64,000 nt of DNA from Vulcanimicrobiaceae bacterium (GCA_035937855.1 DASZHL010000030.1:9278-73277), one strand, 5' to 3'. Positions 7,840 to 16,800 are shown, counted from the first letter of the stretch. A program made the numbers and translations. Notes: generated from the letters alone by a model not told the origin.

Positions 7840-9177
7840 GTGGACACAATCGTCGTTCAAAACCCTTCTGGACACTTCGACATTAGCGGATCAGTCGCCC
7901 TTCAAGGATCGAAAAATGCGGGGTTGATCAATATTGCATTGCCGCTACTGACGTCAGATGAGTGCGTGTTTACTAATATTCCCGCCATTGCCGATGTCGA
8001 GCAGGCACTTTCCTTCCTCAGATGCATTGGGGCTGATGTTCGATGGGACGGGCAGCTTCTCTATATCACCTGCGACAATATCGTCCCTCGAATGATGGAT
8101 CCTCAACACGCGATGGAGACAACTCACTCGAGTGTTTTTATCCCACTATTAGTTTCCCGCTTCGGAGAATTCGTAACAGGAGCACCAGGTGGATGTCCGA
8201 TCGGTGATCGCGCTTTTGGACAATACGTAAAGACCCTTTCCAAAATGGGCGTCGCTTGCGAGCCTGCGAAATCTGGAACCCTTCGCTTTTTTTCCACGGA
8301 GGAATTCACTAACGATATCACGCTGCCATTTCCAAGCTACAGTTCAACTATAAGTGCAGTCTTGCTTGCAATGACGCATGGCTCTATGGTTATTCATAAC
8401 CCGTCCGAAGAACCGGAAATCGACAACGTATTGCAGGTACTGACATCCATGGGCGCTCATGCACAGCGAGCCGGTTCACGGATAGAAGTGGCTCCTCCCG
8501 ATAAGTTCAATGGGGGACGATTTCGCAACATGAGTGATCGCAATGTCGCCGTGACATACGCAGTTATGGCACTCATAACTGGAAGCGAGCTTTCGATCAC
8601 AAATTTTGATGATGATAAAATGGACGCATTCTATCAATTCCTCGAGATTGTGGGCATTGCATATCATCGCCAAAACCAAGTGTTCAAGATCCCCTCCCAA
8701 GACGTTACACGTTTACGCGCTACCCAGGTTGATGCATACATTTACCCCTCGTTCCATAGCGACTGGCAACCCTTAGTTGCTCCGCTGCTGTGCTTATTCA
8801 ATGGAACTAGTCGCATTGAGGAGCGGCTTTTCCCGAATCGCTTGGGATACTGGGAACAATTAGCTCTCATGGGGGCGAAATACTCAGAAACAGTTACGCA
8901 AAAATCTCGTTTCCAAGATAATTTTGTGCACGCAGTTGAGATTTCAGGGCCTTGTGCTTTCCATGGGGCGAACGTTAAGGCACTAGATCTGCGCGGCGCC
9001 GCTGCGCTCTTAGAAGCGGCCCTGATCGCTCGTGGAACAACATGCATCCATAATGCCGAGATCCTTCAACGCGGTTACGCAAATATTATCGATGACCTAC
9101 AGAGCCTTTCGGTCACCATTGAAAAGGAAATAAGTCCACAGTTTGAGACAGTTCCTAAACGGTCTTGGAAAACTTAA
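7840..9177 (+). CDS. MurA-family enolpyruvyl transferase, highly diverged second copy
   Basis: 445 aa. N-terminal ISGSVALQGSKNAGL (compare GAKNAALP), a Cys loop APGGCPIGDRAF (compare PGGC.LG.R) and LDLRGAAALLEAALIARGTT (compare DIRAGAALVVAGL). Only weakly similar to the canonical murA at 52830. Confidence 0.75.
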   Translation: MDTIVVQNPSGHFDISGSVALQGSKNAGLINIALPLLTSDECVFTNIPAIADVEQALSFLRCIGADVRWDGQLLYITCDNIVPRMMDPQHAMETTHSSVFIPLLVSRFGEFVTGAPGGCPIGDRAFGQYVKTLSKMGVACEPAKSGTLRFFSTEEFTNDITLPFPSYSSTISAVLLAMTHGSMVIHNPSEEPEIDNVLQVLTSMGAHAQRAGSRIEVAPPDKFNGGRFRNMSDRNVAVTYAVMALITGSELSITNFDDDKMDAFYQFLEIVGIAYHRQNQVFKIPSQDVTRLRATQVDAYIYPSFHSDWQPLVAPLLCLFNGTSRIEERLFPNRLGYWEQLALMGAKYSETVTQKSRFQDNFVHAVEISGPCAFHGANVKALDLRGAAALLEAALIARGTTCIHNAEILQRGYANIIDDLQSLSVTIEKEISPQFETVPKRSWKT

Positions 9178-9208
9178 TCATGATTGCGTAAGGCCGTCTA
9201 ATTTCCAC

Positions 9209-10678
9209 TCATGCAATAGCAAAAACATCCGTTTCTCCAGAGCGGATCAGATAGGCACGAAGACGATCGCGGAATTCTTCGATTTCCGGCATACTGGGGT
9301 AATGGTCTTGAACTTCGCGATGGAATTGAACGAGACGGTCGACGATCCGCGAGGATCGAATCCCGCAAGCGAAGTTCATCACCGAATGACCAAGATTGAC
9401 GGCCTCGCCAGGCTCGCCTTGAAGCAGTCGGACATTCATCAAACGGATGGTATCTAAGGCTCTACCCCTGAAATAAGGGACTTTTCGTCCTTCAAGGGTG
9501 ACGAGAACATGCTGTTCTGCTTGCGCCGTATAACCTGACGCGGAATCGCGTGACCCATCACGCCGAGCCATGTTCAAGTATGTCGTCGCGATCCAACGGT
9601 GAATCGCCGCTAAGTTCAAGCTATTGAATACCGGCAGCATTGGATCATTTGTAGCATTTCTACTCGCATCCATACTTGCCTCAATGGCGCGATGAGCATC
9701 CAATGAGTTCCCTACCCGCGCCTGCGTAGCCGCAAAAACGCCAAAAAGCTCAGCCTGTACGAGCCCCTGCCGACGTGTAGGTAAACAGCTAATGGCAAAG
9801 GAAAGAAATTTCAATGCATCCTGATGTTTTCCCATCGCAATGGCGATGCACGACATATCACCGATAACTTTGGCGGCAATCAGGTGATTTCCAGCTTCTC
9901 GGCAAAAATGAAGTGCCAAGGAATAATAGCGTTGCGCCAATCCATATAATCGACAATCATATGACATTAAGCCTGCTTGCTGAGCCATTTGTGCGGCTAC
10001 TTCAAATAGCCGCGTTTTAATGGCTCCTGGAGGCGTTTCTTCAAGAAGCTCTCCAACCGCTCGCACTTGCCCAATCACTGCTTTCCGCATGTGCGTGCCA
10101 TTTTGAGAACCCCACTTAGAGAATTCCATAATTTTTTCTTCGAGATCAGCCACCTCAGTGAGGCCAACCTGATGAGGTTGAGATTGTCCCGTCATAATCG
10201 TGGTTGCTGGAGAAATGGTTCCTACTAACTGCATGATTGGTCTCAGCAGAAGGGAGCCGGAAATCGCGGTCATCGTAGCTAGGGCATCCCGTCGGCTGGC
10301 GATGTCGCTCGCGGTTACACTTTGTAAAGTCACTATTGCCTCTGAAGTGGTTAATTGGGAGATGTCTCTGGCATTCAAGCATTGAGTTCGTACTGCAGGC
10401 TCTCCAGAAATTGCCTGGCGAGAGTTGACATAGGCCCCATCGGCTTTCGGTGCCTTAAACCCGAGGTCTTCCTCTGTTGCCTGGTAAAAACGGCAGAGGA
10501 GGCGACGATAGTGCCTACGGGGTCTCTTTTTACCGCGTTCCCACTTTGAGATCACGGACGCGTCCACCTTGACCTCCAAGCCATCGGCTGCGGCGAGTCG
10601 GACCAATTCTTCAGCAACCTCCTCTTGAGTGATGCCGCGCCTAAGGCGGAAATCTTGAAGGCGATCAGTGCCACTCAT
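9209..10678 (-). CDS. XRE-family HTH regulator with long TPR-like helical C-terminal domain
   Basis: N-terminal LRRGITQEEVAEEL...VISKWERGKKRP HTH. About 400 aa of helical repeats follow (YYSLALHFCREAGN, IGDMSCIAIAMGKHQDALKF). I prefer the ATG at 10678 over the TTG at 10702. Confidence 0.7.
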   Translation of the reverse strand: MSGTDRLQDFRLRRGITQEEVAEELVRLAAADGLEVKVDASVISKWERGKKRPRRHYRRLLCRFYQATEEDLGFKAPKADGAYVNSRQAISGEPAVRTQCLNARDISQLTTSEAIVTLQSVTASDIASRRDALATMTAISGSLLLRPIMQLVGTISPATTIMTGQSQPHQVGLTEVADLEEKIMEFSKWGSQNGTHMRKAVIGQVRAVGELLEETPPGAIKTRLFEVAAQMAQQAGLMSYDCRLYGLAQRYYSLALHFCREAGNHLIAAKVIGDMSCIAIAMGKHQDALKFLSFAISCLPTRRQGLVQAELFGVFAATQARVGNSLDAHRAIEASMDASRNATNDPMLPVFNSLNLAAIHRWIATTYLNMARRDGSRDSASGYTAQAEQHVLVTLEGRKVPYFRGRALDTIRLMNVRLLQGEPGEAVNLGHSVMNFACGIRSSRIVDRLVQFHREVQDHYPSMPEIEEFRDRLRAYLIRSGETDVFAIA

Positions 10679-10886
10679 CTCTCTTTTTCTTCGCTCCAAC
10701 AACTCCAGGGTGATCTTCTCTGGACGGGAATGATCCTTAACCGATTGAAGGGGTATCCTTTAAACGAGAGGTCGCGATCAAATGTGCTCAATTGGACCAA
10801 TGAGACCATAAATTGAACCATATGATCGTTGCGACGATGCTGACCGTTATGCTTTTTTATGGGATGGTACTATATTGGAGGTGAAC

Positions 10887-11120
10887 ATGGAAGACCTACC
10901 GTCCATCAGTAATCCAACCGTGTGTGTACCCCATGAACTGGGGCTCATACCCATCACCCCACACGACAACGCGAGTGGACCCGGGTGCCTTCGGTGCCAC
11001 GGTTTACTGTCGTCCGACGGAATGTGTTGCAACCTTGAGTGTGTGATTCTTGCGATGAGCGACTCCGAGTACGCAGGCTATCTCGACGAGATTTTCGCGC
11101 CCTACGGGCGCCGCTCATAG
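10887..11120 (+). CDS. small Cys-rich hypothetical protein (77 aa)
   Basis: ATG preceded by TGGAGGTGA RBS. Six Cys, including CLRCHG...CCNLEC, suggest a zinc-ribbon-like protein. Divergent from the XRE-TPR regulator. Confidence 0.45.
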   Translation: MEDLPSISNPTVCVPHELGLIPITPHDNASGPGCLRCHGLLSSDGMCCNLECVILAMSDSEYAGYLDEIFAPYGRRS

Positions 11121-11283
11121 GAAAGTCGGAGTCTCTCGAGACGCGGTGGTTTTTCATGGGTGCCCTATTACGACGTCTGGATTGAATAGACTTGCTGCTC
11201 AATCCGTAGGGATTAGCGAACCCCCAAGAGCTCGAGGGCTCCAGACAATTCCCGGGCCAACCCGCAACCACTTGCATCAGATT

Positions 11284-12552
11284 TCATTCGTGATCATAAT
11301 TTTGTGCCGTGTATAGGAGAAACGTATCAGCCGCACCAAGTGCATCTCGGTCTTTGAGTGCATTGAGGCCAGAAACGGTTAGGCCGGTTGAAAGAGCGAA
11401 GCCACTTCCGGCAAGAATCGGTTCGTGTGTAACCAGGCCTACAATTCCAAGAGTGGCCCCAAGCGCTGCACCGGAGAAATCACGGAACAATGTAGCGAAA
11501 TTCCGATTTAGGTGTGTTCGTAGTCCCTCTAGTGAAGGCGAAATAACATCTTCGTAGATCTCTCTACTGATTTTCTCACATTGAGGATCCTCGATGGTTT
11601 TAACGCGTTCGTGAATCGCCTTACGCAATGTGCTTTGATAAAGCTTAAATGAGTCCTCAAAATCTTCGCGTAATTCATATAACTTCTTGAGCGGAACCTC
11701 GTCGATGAATGGTAACTCTATATTGAATGCAACTTGGTTCGTAAGATTCCCCTCGGGGGATGCTGCGTAACGCAAAAGGAAGCTTTCAGTTGGATCCAAT
11801 GAAGCGATGGTTGCATCTGTTTTTTTTGCGAGATATAGATTGGTTGACGTGGTACATAAACCTTGGTCAACAACTATCCGGGTTAACTCTTGGTGAATTC
11901 CTCGGGGATTTTTAGTCTTGATCCAGTTATCTTTCATGAGAAATCCTTCGTATATCTTAAACTTCTCACTCTCAAATTCGAGATATCGATGAGTTTTCCC
12001 ACTTCGTTTCCCGTTACGAATTTTACTCTCCTTAAGGAGAGTTTCGGTAAGACGATCACTAGGGAGAGCATTATTAGAGGATGGAAAATCCAGGTCGGTC
12101 GCCGCATGAGCGCAATCGCCACTGCAAAAAATAGATTTTGAGGAAAGCTTCAAGAGATTCTCGGCGTCAGCATTCTTAGCGATAAGCAGGGCATCAAGCC
12201 AACCGCCAAGTTTCCCTAAGTCTGCTTTGTCGTGCGGATAGAGAACGATTTCATGCGTAAGGTCGGATACTATGACTGAGTCAAAATAATGCCATGTGCG
12301 ACGAAGTAAAAACTCAGCTTCGCCTGCGATACAGGATCGTTCTGCACAAGAACTACCAGAAAAATCAAGGCCCGATCCTGCAAGTACTGTTGGATTATTA
12401 GTTATCGGTTCGATCGTCATTTCTCTAGCTTGTTGTGCAGCTTGACGAAATCTACTATAGAGAATAGGACTTCCTAAAAAACGATCAATATCAATGCTTT
12501 TATGAATACGGTTTTGTTCAAACCAATCGAAAACCCAAAACCTCTGTTCCAC
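11284..12552 (-). CDS. hypothetical protein, very AT-rich orphan with Gly/Ala/Ser/Thr-rich C-terminal segment
   Basis: 422-aa uninterrupted ORF starting at GTG with a GGAGGG RBS. I recognise no motif. The C-terminus SGAALGATLGIVGLVTHEPILAGSGFALSTGLTVSGLNAL is glycine-zipper-like. Confidence 0.7.
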   Translation of the reverse strand: MEQRFWVFDWFEQNRIHKSIDIDRFLGSPILYSRFRQAAQQAREMTIEPITNNPTVLAGSGLDFSGSSCAERSCIAGEAEFLLRRTWHYFDSVIVSDLTHEIVLYPHDKADLGKLGGWLDALLIAKNADAENLLKLSSKSIFCSGDCAHAATDLDFPSSNNALPSDRLTETLLKESKIRNGKRSGKTHRYLEFESEKFKIYEGFLMKDNWIKTKNPRGIHQELTRIVVDQGLCTTSTNLYLAKKTDATIASLDPTESFLLRYAASPEGNLTNQVAFNIELPFIDEVPLKKLYELREDFEDSFKLYQSTLRKAIHERVKTIEDPQCEKISREIYEDVISPSLEGLRTHLNRNFATLFRDFSGAALGATLGIVGLVTHEPILAGSGFALSTGLTVSGLNALKDRDALGAADTFLLYTAQNYDHE

Positions 12553-12601
12553 GTTATGCCCTCCACGAATCAGCGCTATTAAGAGAGTGCATGTTATCCA
12601 C

Positions 12602-12829
12602 CTAACCTACAGCTTCGAGTGAAACCAAACGTGAGAGTGGCACCCGTAGCGTCCCCTTAACCCAGCCATGCTGCGGACGATATGGGGTCACCTCGAGCAC
12701 CACGAGATCAGGTTTAACCGACCATACGAGCCCAACGCCACCTGGGGGGAAATCGAGATCGAGTTGTCCCGCGTCGGTCTTGAAAGTTACCTGACGGCCG
12801 GAAAATTTTTTCGCTTCGTCGAATTTCAT
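12602..12829 (-). CDS. small hypothetical protein (75 aa), upstream partner of the 422-aa orphan
   Basis: ATG with an AGAGG RBS. Lies 49 nt upstream of, and co-oriented with, 11284..12552. No recognisable motif. Confidence 0.45.
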   Translation of the reverse strand: MKFDEAKKFSGRQVTFKTDAGQLDLDFPPGGVGLVWSVKPDLVVLEVTPYRPQHGWVKGTLRVPLSRLVSLEAVG

Positions 12830-13154
12830 CAGTAACCTCTTCTAACGAAGAAAGGCCAGCCGCCACAAGCGCCTTGTGCTCATCACGGACTGGTTAGACT
12901 ATGGTCAAAAGCACGCAATCGCCCTCGGACGAACCGAGGTGTCAAGGCCAACGATAGCAATTTTCGTGTTAATGTGCAAGTTTTTTAGGACGGCACGATT
13001 CTAGCCTATCGCTAGTGAAAATTTCGCGCACGGACTCCATCCGCGAAGCTATCAAGCTCAAGTGGACGGAAACTTCCGTGCGATCACATGGACGACGCCT
13101 ACCTCGCATTGAAGGGTTGCATTCTCGGCTACGAAAAACGGGCACAGCCCATGA

Positions 13155-13406
13155 AGCTGCCGGCGCACATCGACCCAACCGATGCTCGCGGCAAAGGCTT
13201 CATCCCGACAGCACCGCAGCGCCATTGGTAGGCAACGCCGAGTGGCGGAGCACCGGCTAAGAAGTCGCCATTTCTTCAAGGGGGAGAGCAACCGCATCCC
13301 AAAACGCGCTGCTTCAGAATCACCCTAAACGAAGCCGGAGAAACAAAGTGTGGGCTAACGAGTCCGAGCCACCGAACAGCGGGTCGCCGTCCCACCCACG
13401 AAAGGT
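13155..13406 (+). promoter_or_regulatory. conserved noncoding leader, copy 2
   Basis: See copy 1. The core tcttcaagg.ggagag.aaccgc.tcccaaaacgcgctgc...cgaagccggagaaa.aaagtgtgggctaacgagt.cgag is shared, and the indels are not multiples of three. Confidence 0.45.
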
Positions 13407-14918
13407 ATGATGGAGAATTTTCAGGCGGAAGTCAATCCCTCCTCAGCGCAGGATGAGCTTGTTCGCCTCGAAGCGAGTAAGCAAGGATCTCTCGCTCGCG
13501 GCTTATCGCTATATGTTGATGAAGGTGGCTCCTCTCATCCATTCAATGGAAGTGAACGCAAACCATACTTCATCATCGGAGTCTTGGTGACGCCGGAACA
13601 CGAGGCTTTTCGATCGGAAATAGAAGCGTTTTGCGCTACGCAGCGTTATCAGGGACCGTATCATTGGATCGAGCAATCCAAGTCTGAACTAGGGCAACAA
13701 CAAACAGAAGCGTACCGAAACCTTGCCGAATACATAAGAGCGGGAACTTCATCTGCATGGGATTTCCACGCGAGGCTCTTTCCAGCGATAAATGTAAACG
13801 AGGAAGACTTCGGTCATAGCCAGCATTATGCATACAAAAAACTCCTTCAAATTGGGATCGACGAAGCGTTAGACGCGACGAGCTTCAAGGTCGGCAAACG
13901 CCTCGAAATCATTCTTTCCGGCAAGAGTCGTGACAGCACGAAAGCCAATGGTGATTCAAAATTAAAGGACACTAAAAGATACTTAGAAGAACATTATTCC
14001 ACGCAGTTCCCCGAAGCCGAGATTGAAGTCCGATGGGTCCCGCAAGAGACGGATCGTAACTTACAAATCTGCGATATGTTCACTTCAACGTATCATACAT
14101 ATATAACGCCTGACCACTGCAAAAATACTCAAAAGTGGGATCTTGCAAAGGTCTATAGTTCGCTTATAAAATGCGATTACCAAGAATACATGGACCACAC
14201 CTTGCACCCTCAGGAAGTTCTCTCAGATGCACCGCCAAGAAACCGTGAAGATATCATTAAGGCGGCAATCAAAAAACTACATGCAAAATATGGAACTCTC
14301 TCGGAAGGCGTCCGTGAGGAAATCGCTTCTCATGCTATCGACAAAAAACCAAAACTCGCGGAAAACGGCAAGCTCGTCGCGATAGAGACGAGCGAGAACG
14401 CTTTCGTCGTAGTGAATCGCTGGGACTATCCCCGCGGAACATTTCTCAGAGAACTGGTTTCCATCGATCCTCAGAAGGCACGTCCACACGAACATCTCCA
14501 GCAAATTCCATCGAACAGGGATATCGTCGTACAAGACGCTCGCGCGGTTCTCGCCGATCGGCTGGGTATACCGCCGGAGAAAATCATCGAGAAAGCCCGC
14601 CCTCCGCGCGGCACTCTTGAAGGCGAAGTGATCGCGCTGGGAGAGAAGCATTTCGCCGTCGTCAGTTCATTCGAAAACGGACGGTTTACGATCGTCCAGT
14701 CCGACGTTTTCTCTTTTGAAAAACCGGCAGTAGGGGACCAAATTCGGATCAAATTTGTCGGGAGGTCTACCGAAGGAACCGTCGTGCATCGGCCTGGTCT
14801 CCGTCATGAATCGCAAGACCGAAAGATGCAATATATACGCGATAGAGACGGGCAAAGAGCTAAATCGCTAGCGCAGAGAAACCAAGTCAAGATAAAGAAG
14901 GGTACGATTTCACTATGA
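13407..14918 (+). CDS. DUF3800-like N-terminal domain + conserved C-terminal region (paralog 2)
   Basis: 503 aa. YVDEGG and NLQICDMF keep DE(S)-like and QxxD-like motifs. The C-terminal half is nearly identical to paralog 1 (KPKLAENGKLVAIETSENAFVVVNRWDYPRGTF). Confidence 0.6.
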   Translation: MMENFQAEVNPSSAQDELVRLEASKQGSLARGLSLYVDEGGSSHPFNGSERKPYFIIGVLVTPEHEAFRSEIEAFCATQRYQGPYHWIEQSKSELGQQQTEAYRNLAEYIRAGTSSAWDFHARLFPAINVNEEDFGHSQHYAYKKLLQIGIDEALDATSFKVGKRLEIILSGKSRDSTKANGDSKLKDTKRYLEEHYSTQFPEAEIEVRWVPQETDRNLQICDMFTSTYHTYITPDHCKNTQKWDLAKVYSSLIKCDYQEYMDHTLHPQEVLSDAPPRNREDIIKAAIKKLHAKYGTLSEGVREEIASHAIDKKPKLAENGKLVAIETSENAFVVVNRWDYPRGTFLRELVSIDPQKARPHEHLQQIPSNRDIVVQDARAVLADRLGIPPEKIIEKARPPRGTLEGEVIALGEKHFAVVSSFENGRFTIVQSDVFSFEKPAVGDQIRIKFVGRSTEGTVVHRPGLRHESQDRKMQYIRDRDGQRAKSLAQRNQVKIKKGTISL

Positions 14919-14934
14919 ACAGTAGGCTCAGCCG

Positions 14935-15520
14935 ATGAACACACGCATCGTCCCCGTCATTTACGGGTCGGTCCGGACCGATCGCCAGGGAATCAAGGCC
15001 GCTCATTTCGTGGTTAAGGAGCTTGAACGTCCAGGATACCATGCGGTTCTCGTCGATCCGCTCGAACGTCGCATTCCGCTTCTCGATCGGAGTATAAGCA
15101 ATTTGCCGAGGGTGAGGCGCCCAAGGTTCTCAGGGACTTGGCCGAGATGTTCGTGAGCGCGGACGGTTTCATCGTCGTTTTTGGTGAGTATAACCACGGT
15201 ATACCGCCCGCGCTTAAGAACCTCATGGATCATTTCATGGAGGAATATTTTTGGCGTCCCGCGGCCATCGTGTCCTATTCGGGCGGCAGCTTCGGCGGCG
15301 TACGCGCGGCCGCGCAGTTGCGCTCGGTTCTCGGCGAAATGGGAATGGTCACGATCCCGACCAGCCAACCATTCCCGCACGTTGGCAACGCGTTCACCGA
15401 CGACGGCGAGCCGACCGATCCTAAGACACGAGAACGCTAGGTACCCTTTTCTATGAATTCACTTGGTTTGTAGATGCGCTCCGCGAACAACGCTGTAAAG
15501 GCATTCCGGACGGATGCTAG
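14935..15520 (+). pseudogene. FMN reductase pseudogene (copy of 6533..7120)
   Basis: About 90% nt identity to 6533..7120. It has a 1-nt deletion near 15091 (cggatgtacaag vs cgga-gtataag), an in-frame TAG at 15436-15438 (cgcatggtg vs cgctaggta) and a further 1-nt deletion. The ORF track splits it into 14935..15156 and 15138..15440. Confidence 0.85.
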
Positions 15521-15619
15521 AGTAAATCCAGATTTGATTTAGAATGGATTGGATAAAAAAAGGGGAATACTTGTGGCAACTCCTAACGCGATTATCCTAT
15601 GATCGCAGCGCAAGCCTCA

Positions 15620-15648
15620 TTGACTATGCTCGATTTCTTCTGTATAAT
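15620..15648 (+). promoter_or_regulatory. near-consensus sigma70-type promoter upstream of the APH-family gene
   Basis: TTGACT, a 17-nt spacer, then TATAAT, about 93 nt upstream of the ATG at 15741. Confidence 0.45.
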
Positions 15649-15740
15649 CGTTCTACCCAGGTCGCACAGATTGTATCCCGCCGCAATAGCCTTATCTGTA
15701 TTGACCAGTAGCATCATGTTGAGGAGCAGCGCCTACAGAT

Positions 15741-16730
15741 ATGAAGAATTCCATTTTGCCAGATGAAGTAATCGCCCTCGCCGGGAAATTTTGCGCTGAG
15801 CAGCCCCACCTGATTGCCACAGGGACGGAGGCGGACGTTTATTCGCTCGATGATGCGCGAGTGTTGAAAGTCTATCGAGCAGAGGGAGCTCTGAAGCACG
15901 TCCAGGCGCTACAGGATTTTTATAATCGTGCCAGTGTGGAGAATGTTGGCTTTGCTATACCAAGTATCAATGAATGCGGCAGCTACGAGGAGATGGTATA
16001 CTCCGTCGATCAGCGCTTGGTTGGCGTTCCATTATCGGATATTCCCCATGCGTTTGAAGATTCGCAGTTGACGGAGCAATACATCGATACGGTTTTGGCC
16101 ATCCAGAAAATCACCGTATTTCCACCGTATGCTCGCAGGAAGCTTCTGGATCCGAGCGGTCGACCCGAAGACTGGAATAGCTTCATCCGAGAGGAAGCCA
16201 TCAAGAAGCATCGTAAACTCATCAAGAAGCATCGTAAACTCAGCAATGAACTCCCGGCTAAAGTTGTCGAAATCCTTGGCCCTATTACGGTTCTGGCTGA
16301 CTTCTTTGATTCTCCGTACAAAGGTGAAGATCGTTTAGTTCATGGCGATTATCATCCGGGTAATGTGTTGATACTCGATGGCCGTGTCAGCGCCGTTGTC
16401 GACTTTGGCACCTTTACATTGTTCGGTGATCCTCTATACGATGCGGCGACTGCCTGCGGCTTTTTCAGTATGTATGAGACTGATCAAATACGGACTAGGA
16501 AAGCTGCCTTGGATTTACTATTCGATAAAATTGGAGATGCAAACGAATCCAAGGTGTCTGCTTATCTTTTGGTCGCTGCGCTGACGACGTGCGACCTCTA
16601 TCCAGATAAATCGCTCCCAATCTATGAGACTGGACATTTTCAGTGGGCGCAGTCAGTGCTTGCGGACAAGCAAACCTGGGAAGCTGTGGCCCGCCCGCGT
16701 CAAGATAAGTTGGTACCAAAGTTTGGATAA
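15741..16730 (+). CDS. aminoglycoside/choline-kinase-type phosphotransferase (APH family)
   Basis: Catalytic loop LVHGDYHPGNVLI and DFG-like VVDFGTF. Confidence 0.8.
   Translation: MKNSILPDEVIALAGKFCAEQPHLIATGTEADVYSLDDARVLKVYRAEGALKHVQALQDFYNRASVENVGFAIPSINECGSYEEMVYSVDQRLVGVPLSDIPHAFEDSQLTEQYIDTVLAIQKITVFPPYARRKLLDPSGRPEDWNSFIREEAIKKHRKLIKKHRKLSNELPAKVVEILGPITVLADFFDSPYKGEDRLVHGDYHPGNVLILDGRVSAVVDFGTFTLFGDPLYDAATACGFFSMYETDQIRTRKAALDLLFDKIGDANESKVSAYLLVAALTTCDLYPDKSLPIYETGHFQWAQSVLADKQTWEAVARPRQDKLVPKFG
16200..16241 (+). repeat. perfect 21-bp tandem duplication inside the APH-family gene
   Basis: atcaagaagcatcgtaaactc occurs twice, giving an in-frame IKKHRKL IKKHRKL. Confidence 0.95.
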
Positions 16731-16800
16731 GATACGCGATCCTGAATTCATGAAAATAAAGAGACGGAAGAAATATACTTTCAGGTTTCTCGCCTATTGA

